From an uncultured Syntrophobacteraceae bacterium (GTDB taxonomy: Bacteria; Desulfobacterota; Binatia; UBA9968), in contig CAZNES010000006.1 in assembly GCA_964572145.1 (NCBI GenBank), positions 22,603-86,602 of the forward strand: 64,000 nucleotides of DNA, in the 5' to 3' direction. The first letter of the stretch is position 1; the number at the start of each line of letters is the position of its first letter. The translations under genes were made by a program, and so were the position numbers. Shown here piece by piece: positions 42,112 through 51,965 of the stretch. The notes under the pieces were generated by a model that saw only the letters and a list, made by a program, of their open reading frames with translations, searched no databases and was not told where the DNA came from.

Positions 42112-42594
42112 ATGATTCTCTTTCTCATTCTCGCCGCGCTGTCGATTATCTCTTCGCTGCTGGTGATCTTTCCGCGTAGCGTGGTGCGCAATGCCATGGC
42201 GCTCGCGGCGACGCTTTTTTTCGTCGCCGTTCTGTTCGTCACGCTGGACGCTCCGATGGTCGGCGCCCTGCAGGTGCTGGTCTACGCGGGCGCGATCATG
42301 ATCCTGATTCTTTTCGTCATCATGCTGCTCAATCCCGCCGCGTTGGAGGCGCGGCCGGTCGCCTGGGGAATGACGGGCGCGCTCGCGGCAGTCGCGTTGC
42401 TACTGGAGCTGGTCGCCATATTTTTCTATCGGCCGTCGTCCGCAGAACAGCCGTCGGTAACGGTCGGCTTCGGCGGGCCGGAAGCGCTGGCGCAGAGCCT
42501 CTTCACCGACTTCGTTCTCCCTTTCGAGATCGCCTCCGTCCTGCTCTTGGTCGCGATCATCGGCGCGGTCGCGCTGGCAAAGAGGGAAGGCTAA
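42112..42594 (+). CDS. nuoJ: NADH-quinone oxidoreductase subunit J
   Basis: 160 aa, 5 TM, ..LQVLVYAGAIMILILFVIMLL..; follows nuoH directly (no nuoI). Confidence 0.85.
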   Translation: MILFLILAALSIISSLLVIFPRSVVRNAMALAATLFFVAVLFVTLDAPMVGALQVLVYAGAIMILILFVIMLLNPAALEARPVAWGMTGALAAVALLLELVAIFFYRPSSAEQPSVTVGFGGPEALAQSLFTDFVLPFEIASVLLLVAIIGAVALAKREG

Positions 42595-42599
42595 CTGGG

Positions 42600-42705
42600 A
42601 CAATGCAAAAGTCAAAGTGCAAAATGCAAATTTCAAAATGCACAAGGCCGAAAATCCGGCAATTTTGCATTTTTCATTTTTCATTTTTCATTTTGCAATC
42701 GGGGT
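42600..42705. repeat. AT-rich hairpin repeat (TGCAAAA heptamer arrays) between nuoJ and nuoK
   Basis: GCAAAAGTCAAAGTGCAAAATGCAAATTTCAAAATGCACA - loop GGCCGAAAATCCGGC - CAATTTTGCATTTTTCATTTTTCATTTTGCAATCGG; same family as the 10.5-kb element. Confidence 0.7.
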
Positions 42706-42710
42706 GAACA

Positions 42711-43013
42711 GTGGTCCCGCTGCATTACTATCTCGCGCTCAGCGCCGTGCTCTTCGCCATCGGCGTCGCCGGGGTTCTCATCCGGCGCGACATCATCGTC
42801 ATCCTCATGTCGATCGAGCTGATGCTGAACGCGGTCAACCTGACGTTTATCGCGTTCGCACGCTTTCTCGGCTCGATGGACGGGCAGGTGATCGTCTTTT
42901 TCGTCATGACCGTCGCGGCGGCGGAGGCCGTGGTGGGGCTGGCGATCGTCATCTCGGTTTTCCGGCACCGGCGGACGTTGGACCCGCAGGATATGCAGCT
43001 TCTCAAATGGTAG
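42711..43013 (+). CDS. nuoK: NADH-quinone oxidoreductase subunit K
   Basis: 100 aa, 3 TM, ..[17 protein letters not shown]..; GTG start. Confidence 0.9.
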   Translation: MVPLHYYLALSAVLFAIGVAGVLIRRDIIVILMSIELMLNAVNLTFIAFARFLGSMDGQVIVFFVMTVAAAEAVVGLAIVISVFRHRRTLDPQDMQLLKW

Positions 43014-43017
43014 CGCT

Positions 43018-43072
43018 CCCAATGTTGAATTTTGAATTATGAATTTTGAATTGAAATCCGATTCGGAAATCG
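43018..43072. repeat. tandem TGAATTN heptamer repeat (x4) between nuoK and nuoL
   Basis: TTGAATTTTGAATTATGAATTTTGAATTGAAAT followed by small palindrome TCCGATTCGGA. Confidence 0.6.
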
Positions 43073-43075
43073 CAG

Positions 43076-44977
43076 ATGGGAACTAGCCTGCTGCGCCTCA
43101 TACCGCTCTTTCCGCTGGTCGGCGCCGCGGTGAATATTTTTTTCGCGACGCGCGTCAGCCGAAAATTCGCCGGCGTGCTCGCTTGCGCCGCCGTGGGGCT
43201 GTCGTTTCTCGTCTCGCTGCAAATTTTTGCGCTCCTCTCTCCGACGGAAGTTTTTCACGATACCCTTTTTACCTGGATCGATTCCGAGCCGTTCAAGGCG
43301 AGCCTTTCGCTGCAAGCCGACGCCTTGACCGCGGTGATGCTGCTCGTGATCACCGGCATCGGTTTCCTTATCCACGTTTATTCGTTGGGCTACATGGGTC
43401 ATGATGAAGGCATGGTGCGCTACTTCGCGTACCTCAATCTCTTCGTCTTCTTCATGTCGCTGCTGGTCCTGTCCGATAATCTGCTGCTGCTCTTCGTCGG
43501 TTGGGAAGGGGTCGGGCTTTGCTCGTATCTTTTGATCGGCTTCTGGCACCAGGATCACACCAACACGATCGCCGGCAACAAGGCCTTCATCGTCAACCGC
43601 ATCGGCGACTTCGGCTTCATCCTCGGCCTCTTGCTGCTTTTCTGGGAGCTCGTCCGCCACGGCGCACCGAGTCTCAACTTCTCCGACTTACAGCAGAGCG
43701 CCCATCTCCTGCGGCCTGAAACCGTAACGATAGTCACGCTGCTGCTTTTTGCCGGCGCGACCGGCAAGTCGGCGCAAATCCCGCTCTTCGTTTGGCTCCC
43801 CGACGCGATGCAGGGGCCGACGCCGGTGAGCGCGCTGATCCACGCGGCCACGATGGTCACCGCCGGCGTCTATATGATGGCGCGGCTCAATTTTCTTTTC
43901 GCGCTGGCGCCCACGACGCTGGCCGTGATCGCCACCGTCGGCGCGCTCACCGCTTTTTTTGCTGCGACCGTCGCCGTGGCGCAAAACGACATCAAGCGCG
44001 TGCTGGCCTACTCCACGGTGAGCCAGTTGGGCTACATGTTCCTGGCGGTCGGCGTCGGCGCGTTTAGCGCGGCGGTCTTCCACCTCTTTACGCATGCGTT
44101 CTTCAAGGCCTGTCTCTTTCTCGGCTCGGGGAGCGTCATCCACGCGCTCGGCGGAGAGCAAGATATGAGAAAGATGGGCGGGCTCCGGCGCCATTTGCCA
44201 GCGACCTACTGGACATACTTAATCGCCACGCTGGCGATTTCCGGCGCGCCGCTGACGGCGGGATTTTTTTCCAAAGACCGGATTCTTTGGGAGACTTATT
44301 CGAGTCCTCTCGGTTCCGTCCAGCTATGGGCGCTGGCCTGGATCACAGCCGGGCTCACCGCCTTTTATATGTTCCGCCAGTTGTTCATGGTGTTTCACGG
44401 CGAGTCCCAAGCAGCAGAATCCGTCAAATCTCACATCCACGAGTCACCGGCGTTGATGACCGTGCCGTTGGTGTTGCTGGCGCTGGGTTCGGTCTTCACG
44501 GGATGGTTATCGACCCCCGACTTTATGTGGGGAAGCGTTTGGGATGCTTGGTTGCAACCGATTTTCGGCGCCCCCAAAACCGCCGCGCACGCGGCAGTCA
44601 ATGATGAATTGTTCCTGACCGCGATCACGCTTGGCATAGCGGCGCTGGGAATCTTCGTCGCGTTCGTTTTTTACGGCCGGGAGAGCAGAATCGCCGAGCG
44701 GATTGCCGCTACGCGACTCTATCGTTTGCTCGCTGGCAAGTACTACGTCGATGAACTTTACGACCGTCTCTTCGTGCGGCCGTTCGCCGTGTGCTCTGTC
44801 TGGCTCGCGCGGCGCTTCGATCCGGGAGTGATCGACGGCATCGTCAACGGCGTCGCCGCGAGCGTCCGCGCGACGAGCCTCTCCTGGCGCCGGCTTCAGA
44901 GCGGCAACGTGCAGCACTACTTGTTCGCTTTTTTGGCCGGGACGCTTTTGATCTTTGCGTATTTTTTGAGGTGGTGA
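43076..44977 (+). CDS. nuoL: NADH-quinone oxidoreductase subunit L
   Basis: 633 aa antiporter-like subunit; ..LLFVGWEGVGLCSYLLIGFW.. Confidence 0.95.
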   Translation: MGTSLLRLIPLFPLVGAAVNIFFATRVSRKFAGVLACAAVGLSFLVSLQIFALLSPTEVFHDTLFTWIDSEPFKASLSLQADALTAVMLLVITGIGFLIHVYSLGYMGHDEGMVRYFAYLNLFVFFMSLLVLSDNLLLLFVGWEGVGLCSYLLIGFWHQDHTNTIAGNKAFIVNRIGDFGFILGLLLLFWELVRHGAPSLNFSDLQQSAHLLRPETVTIVTLLLFAGATGKSAQIPLFVWLPDAMQGPTPVSALIHAATMVTAGVYMMARLNFLFALAPTTLAVIATVGALTAFFAATVAVAQNDIKRVLAYSTVSQLGYMFLAVGVGAFSAAVFHLFTHAFFKACLFLGSGSVIHALGGEQDMRKMGGLRRHLPATYWTYLIATLAISGAPLTAGFFSKDRILWETYSSPLGSVQLWALAWITAGLTAFYMFRQLFMVFHGESQAAESVKSHIHESPALMTVPLVLLALGSVFTGWLSTPDFMWGSVWDAWLQPIFGAPKTAAHAAVNDELFLTAITLGIAALGIFVAFVFYGRESRIAERIAATRLYRLLAGKYYVDELYDRLFVRPFAVCSVWLARRFDPGVIDGIVNGVAASVRATSLSWRRLQSGNVQHYLFAFLAGTLLIFAYFLRW

Positions 44978-44981
44978 GGGC

Positions 44982-46520
44982 GTGAAGGATTTGAGCCTGC
45001 TGGTATTTCTTCCCACGCTCGGCGCGTTGGGGCTGCTTTTTATTCCACGGCGGCAAACGCGCGCGCTTTTCAAAGCAGCGCTGGGCGTGAGCCTGCTCAC
45101 GTTCTGCCAGTCTCTGTGGATTCTTTACCGCTTCGATCTCGGCGTGGCTGAAATGCAACTCGTCGAGCGGCTGCGCTGGATTCCCGCCTACGGGATCGAG
45201 TACGCCGTCGGCATCGACGGGCTCAGCCTTTTTCTTGTGTTGCTCACGGTTCTCCTCACGCCGATTGCGATCCTGGCGTCCTGGACGATCCACGACAAAG
45301 TCAAAGAGTATCTTTTCTTCATGCTGGTCCTGGAGACCGGCATGCTCGGCGCTCTCGTCGCCATCGATTTGTTTCTCTTTTACGTCTTTTGGGAAGTGAT
45401 GCTCGTGCCGATGTATTTTCTGATCGGCGTGTGGGGCGGACCGCGCCGCGTCTACGCCGCGGTCAAGTTTGTGATTTACACGATGGCCGGCAGCTTGCTG
45501 ATGCTCGTCGGAATCATTTTTCTGGCGACGCGGAATTTTCAGGTGACGCAGGTCTTGACCTTCGACCTTCTGCGCATCGCCAATCTCCATCTACCTTACG
45601 ACGAGCAGATGTGGTTGTTCCTCGCCTTCGCGCTTTCCTTCGCCATCAAAGTCCCGCTCTTTCCGCTCCACACGTGGCTTCCCGACGCGCACGTCGAGGC
45701 GCCGACCGCCGGTTCGGTGATTCTGGCCGGCGTTCTCCTCAAGATGGGGACTTACGGATTTTTGCGCTTCGCGATTCCGCTGTTTCCCCAAGCCGCGCTG
45801 GCGGCGGCGCCCGTCGTCACCGCCCTCGCGGTCGTCGGCATTATTTACGGCGCCATGGTGGCGATGATGCAGGACGATCTCAAAAAACTCGTCGCCTATT
45901 CTTCGGTTAGCCATTTGGGCTTTATCATGTTGGGGCTGTTCGCGTTCAATCTACCGGGAATTGAAGGCGCGGTGTATCAGATGCTCAACCACGGTCTCTC
46001 CACCGGGGCGTTGTTTCTCCTGGTCGGCATGATCTACGAACGGCGGCACACGCGCATGATCGACGACTTCGGCGGCTTGTGGAAACAGATTCCGGTCTTC
46101 TCGGCATTTTTTCTCGTCGTCACGTTTTCTTCCATCGGGTTGCCGGGGCTCAATGGCTTCGTCGGCGAATTTTTGATCCTGCTGGGCGCGTTCGAGGCAA
46201 CCCCGGTAGCGGCGGCGTTCGCCGCGACCGGCGTCGTTCTGGGAGCGATCTATATGCTGTGGATGTTTCGCCGCGTGGTGTTCGGCCCTCTCGCCCGGCC
46301 GGAAAATCAGCGGCTCCAAGACCTGAATTTTAGAGAGATATGCATTCTGGCGCCGATCTTAGCGCTGATCTTTTTCATGGGCGTTTACCCCCAGCCGTTC
46401 TTGAGCCGAATGAAAAATTCGGCCCGGCTGGTTATTCAGCGAGTCGAGAGTCAACGGCTGGCCCTGCTGCTCGTCCGCGGCGAGACCATTTCAGAGGAGA
46501 AAGCGGTCCGTGGAAACTAA
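44982..46520 (+). CDS. nuoM: NADH-quinone oxidoreductase subunit M
   Basis: 512 aa antiporter-like subunit; ..FYVFWEVMLVPMYFLIGVWGG.. Confidence 0.95.
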   Translation: MKDLSLLVFLPTLGALGLLFIPRRQTRALFKAALGVSLLTFCQSLWILYRFDLGVAEMQLVERLRWIPAYGIEYAVGIDGLSLFLVLLTVLLTPIAILASWTIHDKVKEYLFFMLVLETGMLGALVAIDLFLFYVFWEVMLVPMYFLIGVWGGPRRVYAAVKFVIYTMAGSLLMLVGIIFLATRNFQVTQVLTFDLLRIANLHLPYDEQMWLFLAFALSFAIKVPLFPLHTWLPDAHVEAPTAGSVILAGVLLKMGTYGFLRFAIPLFPQAALAAAPVVTALAVVGIIYGAMVAMMQDDLKKLVAYSSVSHLGFIMLGLFAFNLPGIEGAVYQMLNHGLSTGALFLLVGMIYERRHTRMIDDFGGLWKQIPVFSAFFLVVTFSSIGLPGLNGFVGEFLILLGAFEATPVAAAFAATGVVLGAIYMLWMFRRVVFGPLARPENQRLQDLNFREICILAPILALIFFMGVYPQPFLSRMKNSARLVIQRVESQRLALLLVRGETISEEKAVRGN

Positions 46521-47949
46521 TCTCACGCCTCTTCTCCCCGCCGCCGAAGTGCTTTTGACGGCGCTTGCCGTGCTGGTGCTCGACCTTTTCGTGCCCAAAA
46601 ACGAGAAGGGAATTCTCGTCTGGATCGGTCTTATCGGCTTAGCCCTTGCGGGCGTGATGGCCTTTTTCTTGCGGGGCGGTCACGAAGGCGCCTTTCAAGA
46701 CACCATCCGGCTCGATCCCTTCGCAATTTTCTTTACGCTGTTCTTTCTCGCAGCGGCTGCGCTCACGATTCTTTCCTCGGTCGGTTACGTGAGGGAAACC
46801 GGCATTCGCGAGGGAGAATTCTACGCGCTCGTTTTGCTCGCCACCTTCGGAATGATTCTCATGGCCGCCGCCAACGATCTCATTCTTTTCTTTCTCGGTT
46901 TGGAGACGATGTCGATCGCCGTCTACGTTCTCACCGGATTGTGGCGCGAACGCAGCCTGGCTGCCGAGGCGGCGATGAAATATTTTCTCATCGGCGCATT
47001 CGCCACCGGCTTTCTTATCTACGGCATCGCCCTCATTTACGGCGCGAGCGGCTCGACGCATCTCGGCCGCGTAGCCGCCGCGCTGACTCACCCGAAGAGC
47101 CAGGGGTCGATCTTTCTTTCGGCCGGTGTCTTCCTGCTGTTCGTCGGATTGGCTTTCAAAGTCGCCGCGGTGCCGTTTCATTTCTGGGTTCCCGACGTGT
47201 ACGACGGCGCACCCACGCCGGTCACCGCCTTCATGGCGGTCGCCGTCAAGGCCGCCGCCTTCGCGGGGTGGGCGCGGATCTTTCTCTACCAACTCTCGCC
47301 GCTGCACGACGAATGGGCGCTGCCGGTAAAAGCGCTGGCGATTCTCACGATGACCTTTGGAAATGTACTGGCGATCTCGCAGTCGAGCGTAAAGCGAATG
47401 CTCGCTTACTCGAGCATCGCGCATGCGGGTTATCTGCTCATCGCGCTCGTCGCCGGAGGCGAGACGGGCGGACAGGCTCTGCTGTTTTATCTCGTGAGCT
47501 ACGCGGCGATGACTCTGGGCGCGTTCGGCGTGCTCATCGCTTTGAAAGACGGAGAGCGGGACAACGAGACGTACAACGATTTTGCCGGGCTGGGCTTCAA
47601 GCGGCCGTTTCTCGGAATGGCGATGGCGCTTTTCATGCTTTCTCTCACCGGCTTTCCGCCGCTTGCCGGCTTTACCGGGAAATTTTATCTCTTTCGCTCC
47701 GCGGTGGTTGCAGGACACACCGATCTCGCGATCATCGGCGCGCTCAACAGTCTTTTGTCCGTGGTTTATTATCTACGGGTGATCGTGATGATGTACATGG
47801 AAGAGGGAGGAGCGGAGGGAAAACGATTCGCCGTCGCGCCGTATCTTTATCTCGCGATCGCGCTCGCCGTGATTGGAACCGTCTACTTCGGAGTGCTCCC
47901 CGCGCCGGCGCTGGATCTAAGCCTCAAGTCTTTTTCTTCCTTGCGTTAG
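46510..47949 (+). CDS. nuoN: NADH-quinone oxidoreductase subunit N
   Basis: 479 aa; ..LILFFLGLETMSIAVYVL..; start overlaps the nuoM end. Confidence 0.9.
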   Translation: METNLTPLLPAAEVLLTALAVLVLDLFVPKNEKGILVWIGLIGLALAGVMAFFLRGGHEGAFQDTIRLDPFAIFFTLFFLAAAALTILSSVGYVRETGIREGEFYALVLLATFGMILMAAANDLILFFLGLETMSIAVYVLTGLWRERSLAAEAAMKYFLIGAFATGFLIYGIALIYGASGSTHLGRVAAALTHPKSQGSIFLSAGVFLLFVGLAFKVAAVPFHFWVPDVYDGAPTPVTAFMAVAVKAAAFAGWARIFLYQLSPLHDEWALPVKALAILTMTFGNVLAISQSSVKRMLAYSSIAHAGYLLIALVAGGETGGQALLFYLVSYAAMTLGAFGVLIALKDGERDNETYNDFAGLGFKRPFLGMAMALFMLSLTGFPPLAGFTGKFYLFRSAVVAGHTDLAIIGALNSLLSVVYYLRVIVMMYMEEGGAEGKRFAVAPYLYLAIALAVIGTVYFGVLPAPALDLSLKSFSSLR

Positions 47950-47985
47950 ATTGCAGCGTTCTTCCTGACTTTAGAGTACAGAGTC

Positions 47986-48816
47986 TTAATTCGCCCGGAA
48001 AAGCCCGATCGTGACGGGGACCTCAGCCGTGCCCGGCACGTACTCCTCGAACTTGACCCCGCGGACGTGAAGCTGTGTCGAGCCACCGCCGTCGAGGTTG
48101 AGCAGGTCGGAGGTCTGAGCTTGCCACTGGGCCGAACCGAAAAATTCCTGCAGCTCCGCCCAATTGAGTCCCCCGAAAAGCGTGTCGGTTACCGCGACGA
48201 TCAGCCGTGCGCTCGCGTCCATGCCGATGAGCGAGCGTCGGAATTGCCGGTCGGCGCCGCGCGTGACGGTCAAAGGCGAGCCTTTGGCGAGCAGCAAGGG
48301 ACCGGCCTGCAGTCCCTCGTCTGCCTGTTGGAGGAGGAATTCATCGCGGTGCGCGATGAACGGCGTGTGGTCTTTGATGGCGAAAATTCCGGTAAACAGA
48401 GGGCTTTTGGAAACGTTGAGGTTCGCTTCGCCGGCGGTCTTGAGAAATCCGAGCGGCATCCCTTTCTCGTCGAAGTAGTTGGCGTTGATCATCGCCAGCG
48501 CGCCGCTCTTTTCCGCCAGCGTCCTGACATCGGCGCTTTTCAGGTTATACTGCTGGCTGCGCACGACGCGCGGAACGATCCAGTGAAGATCGAAGCGGAC
48601 GAGCTTCAAGTCGAGCTGATGGCGAGACTCGGCGCGCTCCAGGGTGACTTTACGGAATTCCACCCCTCTTTGAACGACTTTCCAGCTCCCCAGGTCTGTG
48701 ATCGACAGTCCGGGGCTGGCCTTAAACCTGTTGGCGGTGACGGCTTGAGTCGAAGCCCTGGAGGGAAAGACGACGAAAATGAACAGCCAAAGCAGGCTTG
48801 ATCGCCGGATCGTCAT
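47986..48816 (-). CDS. phosphodiester glycosidase family protein (DUF2233/NAGPA-like), secreted
   Basis: Signal peptide MTIRRSSLLWLFIFVVFPSRAS; ..NLDGGGSTQL.. motif. Confidence 0.65.
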   Translation of the reverse strand: MTIRRSSLLWLFIFVVFPSRASTQAVTANRFKASPGLSITDLGSWKVVQRGVEFRKVTLERAESRHQLDLKLVRFDLHWIVPRVVRSQQYNLKSADVRTLAEKSGALAMINANYFDEKGMPLGFLKTAGEANLNVSKSPLFTGIFAIKDHTPFIAHRDEFLLQQADEGLQAGPLLLAKGSPLTVTRGADRQFRRSLIGMDASARLIVAVTDTLFGGLNWAELQEFFGSAQWQAQTSDLLNLDGGGSTQLHVRGVKFEEYVPGTAEVPVTIGLFRAN

Positions 48817-48927
48817 TGGATTATAGATGATAGCAAAATGGTTTACAGAAAAAAACAACGGCCGCGACAACGAAAATAGTTTCGGTTTTCGAAACTCGCC
48901 CCCAAAACTTGAAATCGAGGAAAACTC

Positions 48928-51237
48928 TTGCCGCTCAGTAAGCTCGTCGGCGCCAGGGTAAAGCGGCGTGAAGATCCGAGATTGATTCGGGGTCTGGCAG
49001 GCTATGTCGATGACATTCGCTTAGCCGGGACTCTCAGCGTGGCTATTCTGCGCAGCCCGCACGCGCACGCAAAGATTATCTCCATCCGCACCGAACCCGC
49101 GCTCAGTCATCCGGGAGTCGTCGCCGTATTCTCCGGAAGAGAGCTTCGGGATGAAATTGGGCCGTTGCCGGTCGACAGTCAAAATCCGACGCTGCGAATC
49201 CCCAAGCATTATGTCCTCGCCGTCGAAAAAGTTTGTTATGCCGGCGAAGGCGTGGTGGTGGTGGTCGCGGAGGACCGCTACGCCGCCGCCGACGCGCTTC
49301 CTCTGATCGAAGTCGATTACGAGCCGCTCGCGGTCGTTACGGACCCGGAACTGGCGCTCACAAAAGAGAGTCCTGTAATTCATCCGGAATGGCCGGACAA
49401 CGTCGCTTTTCGCTCGAGCCGCAGCCAGGGCGATTTGACCGCGGCTTTCGAACGGGCCGACCGGATCGTCAAGGAAAGGCTCGTTCATCAACGTCTCGCG
49501 CCGGTGGCTATCGAAACGCGCGGCGTGCTGGCGCGCTACCTGCCGGAAAAAAAAGAATTGACCGTCTGGTCTTCCACGCAGATCCCGTATCTGCTCAAGA
49601 GCCACTTGTCCGAAATGCTCAAGCTGCCTGAGGAGCAGGTGCGCGTGATCGCTCCCGAAGTGGGCGGCGGCTTCGGCAGCAAGCTCAATATCTACGCGGA
49701 GGAGGCGCTGGTGGCTTTTCTCGCGCTGCGGCTGGGCCGCCCGATCAAATGGATCGAAGAGCGCCGGGAAAATATGCACTCCACGATTCACGGCCGCGGA
49801 CAGGTCGGCGAAATCGAAGTCGCGGTAAAAAAAGATGGTAAGATTCTGGGACTTAGATCCAGAGTCGTCGCCGATATCGGCGCTTATCATCAGCTCTATA
49901 CGCCGGGGATTCCGCGCTTCACCGGCTTGATGCTTTCGGGTTGCTACAAGATCCCCGCGATGAGCATCGAGGTCACGGGCGCCTTCACTAATAAAATGTC
50001 CACGGATGCTTATCGTGGAGCAGGGAGACCCGAGGCGACTTACGTGATCGAGCGGATGATGGACCGGATCGCGGGAGAGCTGGGCATCGATCCGGTGGAG
50101 GTGCGGAGAAAAAATTTTCCCAGGCCGGCGGAATTCCCTTTCGCGACCGCGACCGGACTGAGTTACGATAGCGGAAATTATCAAGCGAGTCTCGACAAAG
50201 CCTTAAAGCTTGTGGGCTACCGGAAGCTCAGGCGCGAGCAAAAGCGGCTGAGAAAACAGCGGAGGTATCTTGGCATCGGTCTCTCCACGTATGTGGAAAT
50301 CTGCGCCATGGGGCCGGGCTCGGGAGAGTATGGCAGCGTGAGCGTCGAGCCCTCCGGGAAAGTGACCGTCCTCACCGGCGTATCGCCCCACGGGCAGGGG
50401 CAGGAAACTTCGTTCGCGCAGATCGTCGGCGATGAGCTCGGCGTCGAGCTTGACGAAATCACGGTGCTGCACGGCGACACCGCCGTGGTGGAGAGCGGCG
50501 TCGGTACTTTTGGCAGCCGCGCCACGGCCGTGGGCGGCGCCGCAGTGCTCCAGGCGGCGGAGCGAGTGAAGGAGAAGGCACGCGAGATCGCCGCGCATCT
50601 CTTCGAGGCGGACCCTGAAGATGTCGTCTTTACCGGCGGAAAATTCAGCGTCAAGGGCGTGCCGAAAAAAAACCTCACGCTCAAGCAGATCGCGCGCGAA
50701 GCGCATACGGCGGGGAAGCTTCCCAAGGGGATGGCGCCGGGTCTTTCAACCGCCGCTACCTTCGAGCCATCCAACTTCACTTTCCCGTTCGGCGCCCACG
50801 TCTGCGTGGTCGAGGTCGATCCCGAGTCGGGGGAGATCGAAATAAAAAAATACGTCGCCGTGGACGATTGTGGCAAGGCGATCAATCCGCTTTTGGTCGA
50901 TGGCCAGATACACGGCGGTATCGTTCAAGGGCTGGGACAGGCGCTCTTCGAAGAAGTGCTCTACGAGGAAAACGGCCAGCTCATCACCGGGAGCTTGATG
51001 AGCTACGCTTTGCCGCACGCCGAGAACCTGCCACGGCTCCAACTCGCTCGAACCGAAACGCCGACGCCCGTCAATCCGCTCGGCGCCAAGGGAGTTGGGG
51101 AGGCCGGCACGATCGGCTCCACGCCGGCCATCGTCAACGCGGTGGTGGACGCGCTCGCTCCGTTCGGCGTTACCCATATCGACATGCCGCTCAAGCCCGA
51201 GAAAATCTGGCGCTTGTGCCGTGGAACAAAAGCCTGA
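48928..51237 (+). CDS. xanthine-dehydrogenase-family molybdopterin large subunit, form-II CoxL-like (AYRGAGR motif), orphan
   Basis: 769 aa; active-site loop ..STDAYRGAGRPEATYVIERMMD..; no adjacent FAD or 2Fe-2S subunit genes. Confidence 0.85.
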   Translation: MPLSKLVGARVKRREDPRLIRGLAGYVDDIRLAGTLSVAILRSPHAHAKIISIRTEPALSHPGVVAVFSGRELRDEIGPLPVDSQNPTLRIPKHYVLAVEKVCYAGEGVVVVVAEDRYAAADALPLIEVDYEPLAVVTDPELALTKESPVIHPEWPDNVAFRSSRSQGDLTAAFERADRIVKERLVHQRLAPVAIETRGVLARYLPEKKELTVWSSTQIPYLLKSHLSEMLKLPEEQVRVIAPEVGGGFGSKLNIYAEEALVAFLALRLGRPIKWIEERRENMHSTIHGRGQVGEIEVAVKKDGKILGLRSRVVADIGAYHQLYTPGIPRFTGLMLSGCYKIPAMSIEVTGAFTNKMSTDAYRGAGRPEATYVIERMMDRIAGELGIDPVEVRRKNFPRPAEFPFATATGLSYDSGNYQASLDKALKLVGYRKLRREQKRLRKQRRYLGIGLSTYVEICAMGPGSGEYGSVSVEPSGKVTVLTGVSPHGQGQETSFAQIVGDELGVELDEITVLHGDTAVVESGVGTFGSRATAVGGAAVLQAAERVKEKAREIAAHLFEADPEDVVFTGGKFSVKGVPKKNLTLKQIAREAHTAGKLPKGMAPGLSTAATFEPSNFTFPFGAHVCVVEVDPESGEIEIKKYVAVDDCGKAINPLLVDGQIHGGIVQGLGQALFEEVLYEENGQLITGSLMSYALPHAENLPRLQLARTETPTPVNPLGAKGVGEAGTIGSTPAIVNAVVDALAPFGVTHIDMPLKPEKIWRLCRGTKA

Positions 51238-51303
51238 TTGCAACTCAACGCCATCTCGTGTTAGCGGTTGTAGATGAAATTTATTTTGAAAGAGGAGTAA
51301 CGA

Positions 51304-51521
51304 TGAAAACCTGGACGAAAGTACTGAACTGTGCGGCTGTGGTCCTATTGTCGGGCGTGGGTTGCGGAAAGGATCAAAAGAGCTCGGCCGAAAGGGATGC
51401 TGAAATTCAGAAGGCACTCCAAGAAGGAGCGGCGAAAGAGCAGAAGATGTACGAGGGAATGAAAAAAGGGGTGGAGAATATGGAGAAAAGCGTTCAGGAA
51501 CAAAAAGAGAAAGGCAAGTAG
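51304..51521 (+). CDS. small lipoprotein (72 aa)
   Basis: MKTWTKVLNCAAVVLLSGVGCGKDQ.. lipobox LSGVGC; Lys/Glu-rich tail. Confidence 0.6.
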
Positions 51522-51526
51522 CCTTT

Positions 51527-51874
51527 TCAATCCGACTTTGCGGGATCGGCCGCCGGTGCGTTGCGTGGAATCATCTCGAAGACCACGCGCTCCAAAAGCG
51601 GCGGCGAGTCGCGCAGGTTGAGGACGTGCACGCGGAGCTTTTCGTCCGCGACTTGCCGCGCCCGACAGGAAAAAAACTCCCCATCCGCTTTGACCTCCAC
51701 GTTAGGGTTCTTGATCATGTTCCGGCACCAGTGCTTGCTCTCGATCTTTCTTGACGCGGCGTAGAATTTGCCGTCGAGAAAAACCATCCTCAGCTCCACC
51801 GTGCGCGGCAGACCCGTGCGCCGCCCGATCGTCGTGAGATCGCCGACGAAGACGGATTCGGTTTTTAAATTCAC
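51527..51874 (-). CDS. deazaflavin(F420)-dependent nitroreductase-like (DDN/PNPOx split-barrel family)
   Basis: ..TIGRRTGLPRTVELRMVFLDGKFYAASRKIESKHWCRNMIKNPNVEVKADGEF.. matches the F420H2-dependent reductase family pattern. Confidence 0.65.
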   Translation of the reverse strand: MNLKTESVFVGDLTTIGRRTGLPRTVELRMVFLDGKFYAASRKIESKHWCRNMIKNPNVEVKADGEFFSCRARQVADEKLRVHVLNLRDSPPLLERVVFEMIPRNAPAADPAKSD

Positions 51875-51965
51875 GCCTGGGAATATAAGCGGTTGGGACT
51901 AGCATAACAAGCTTGACTCTCCTTCACCTGCACGATAATCCTGAGCGCAATTGTAAGGAGACGGT

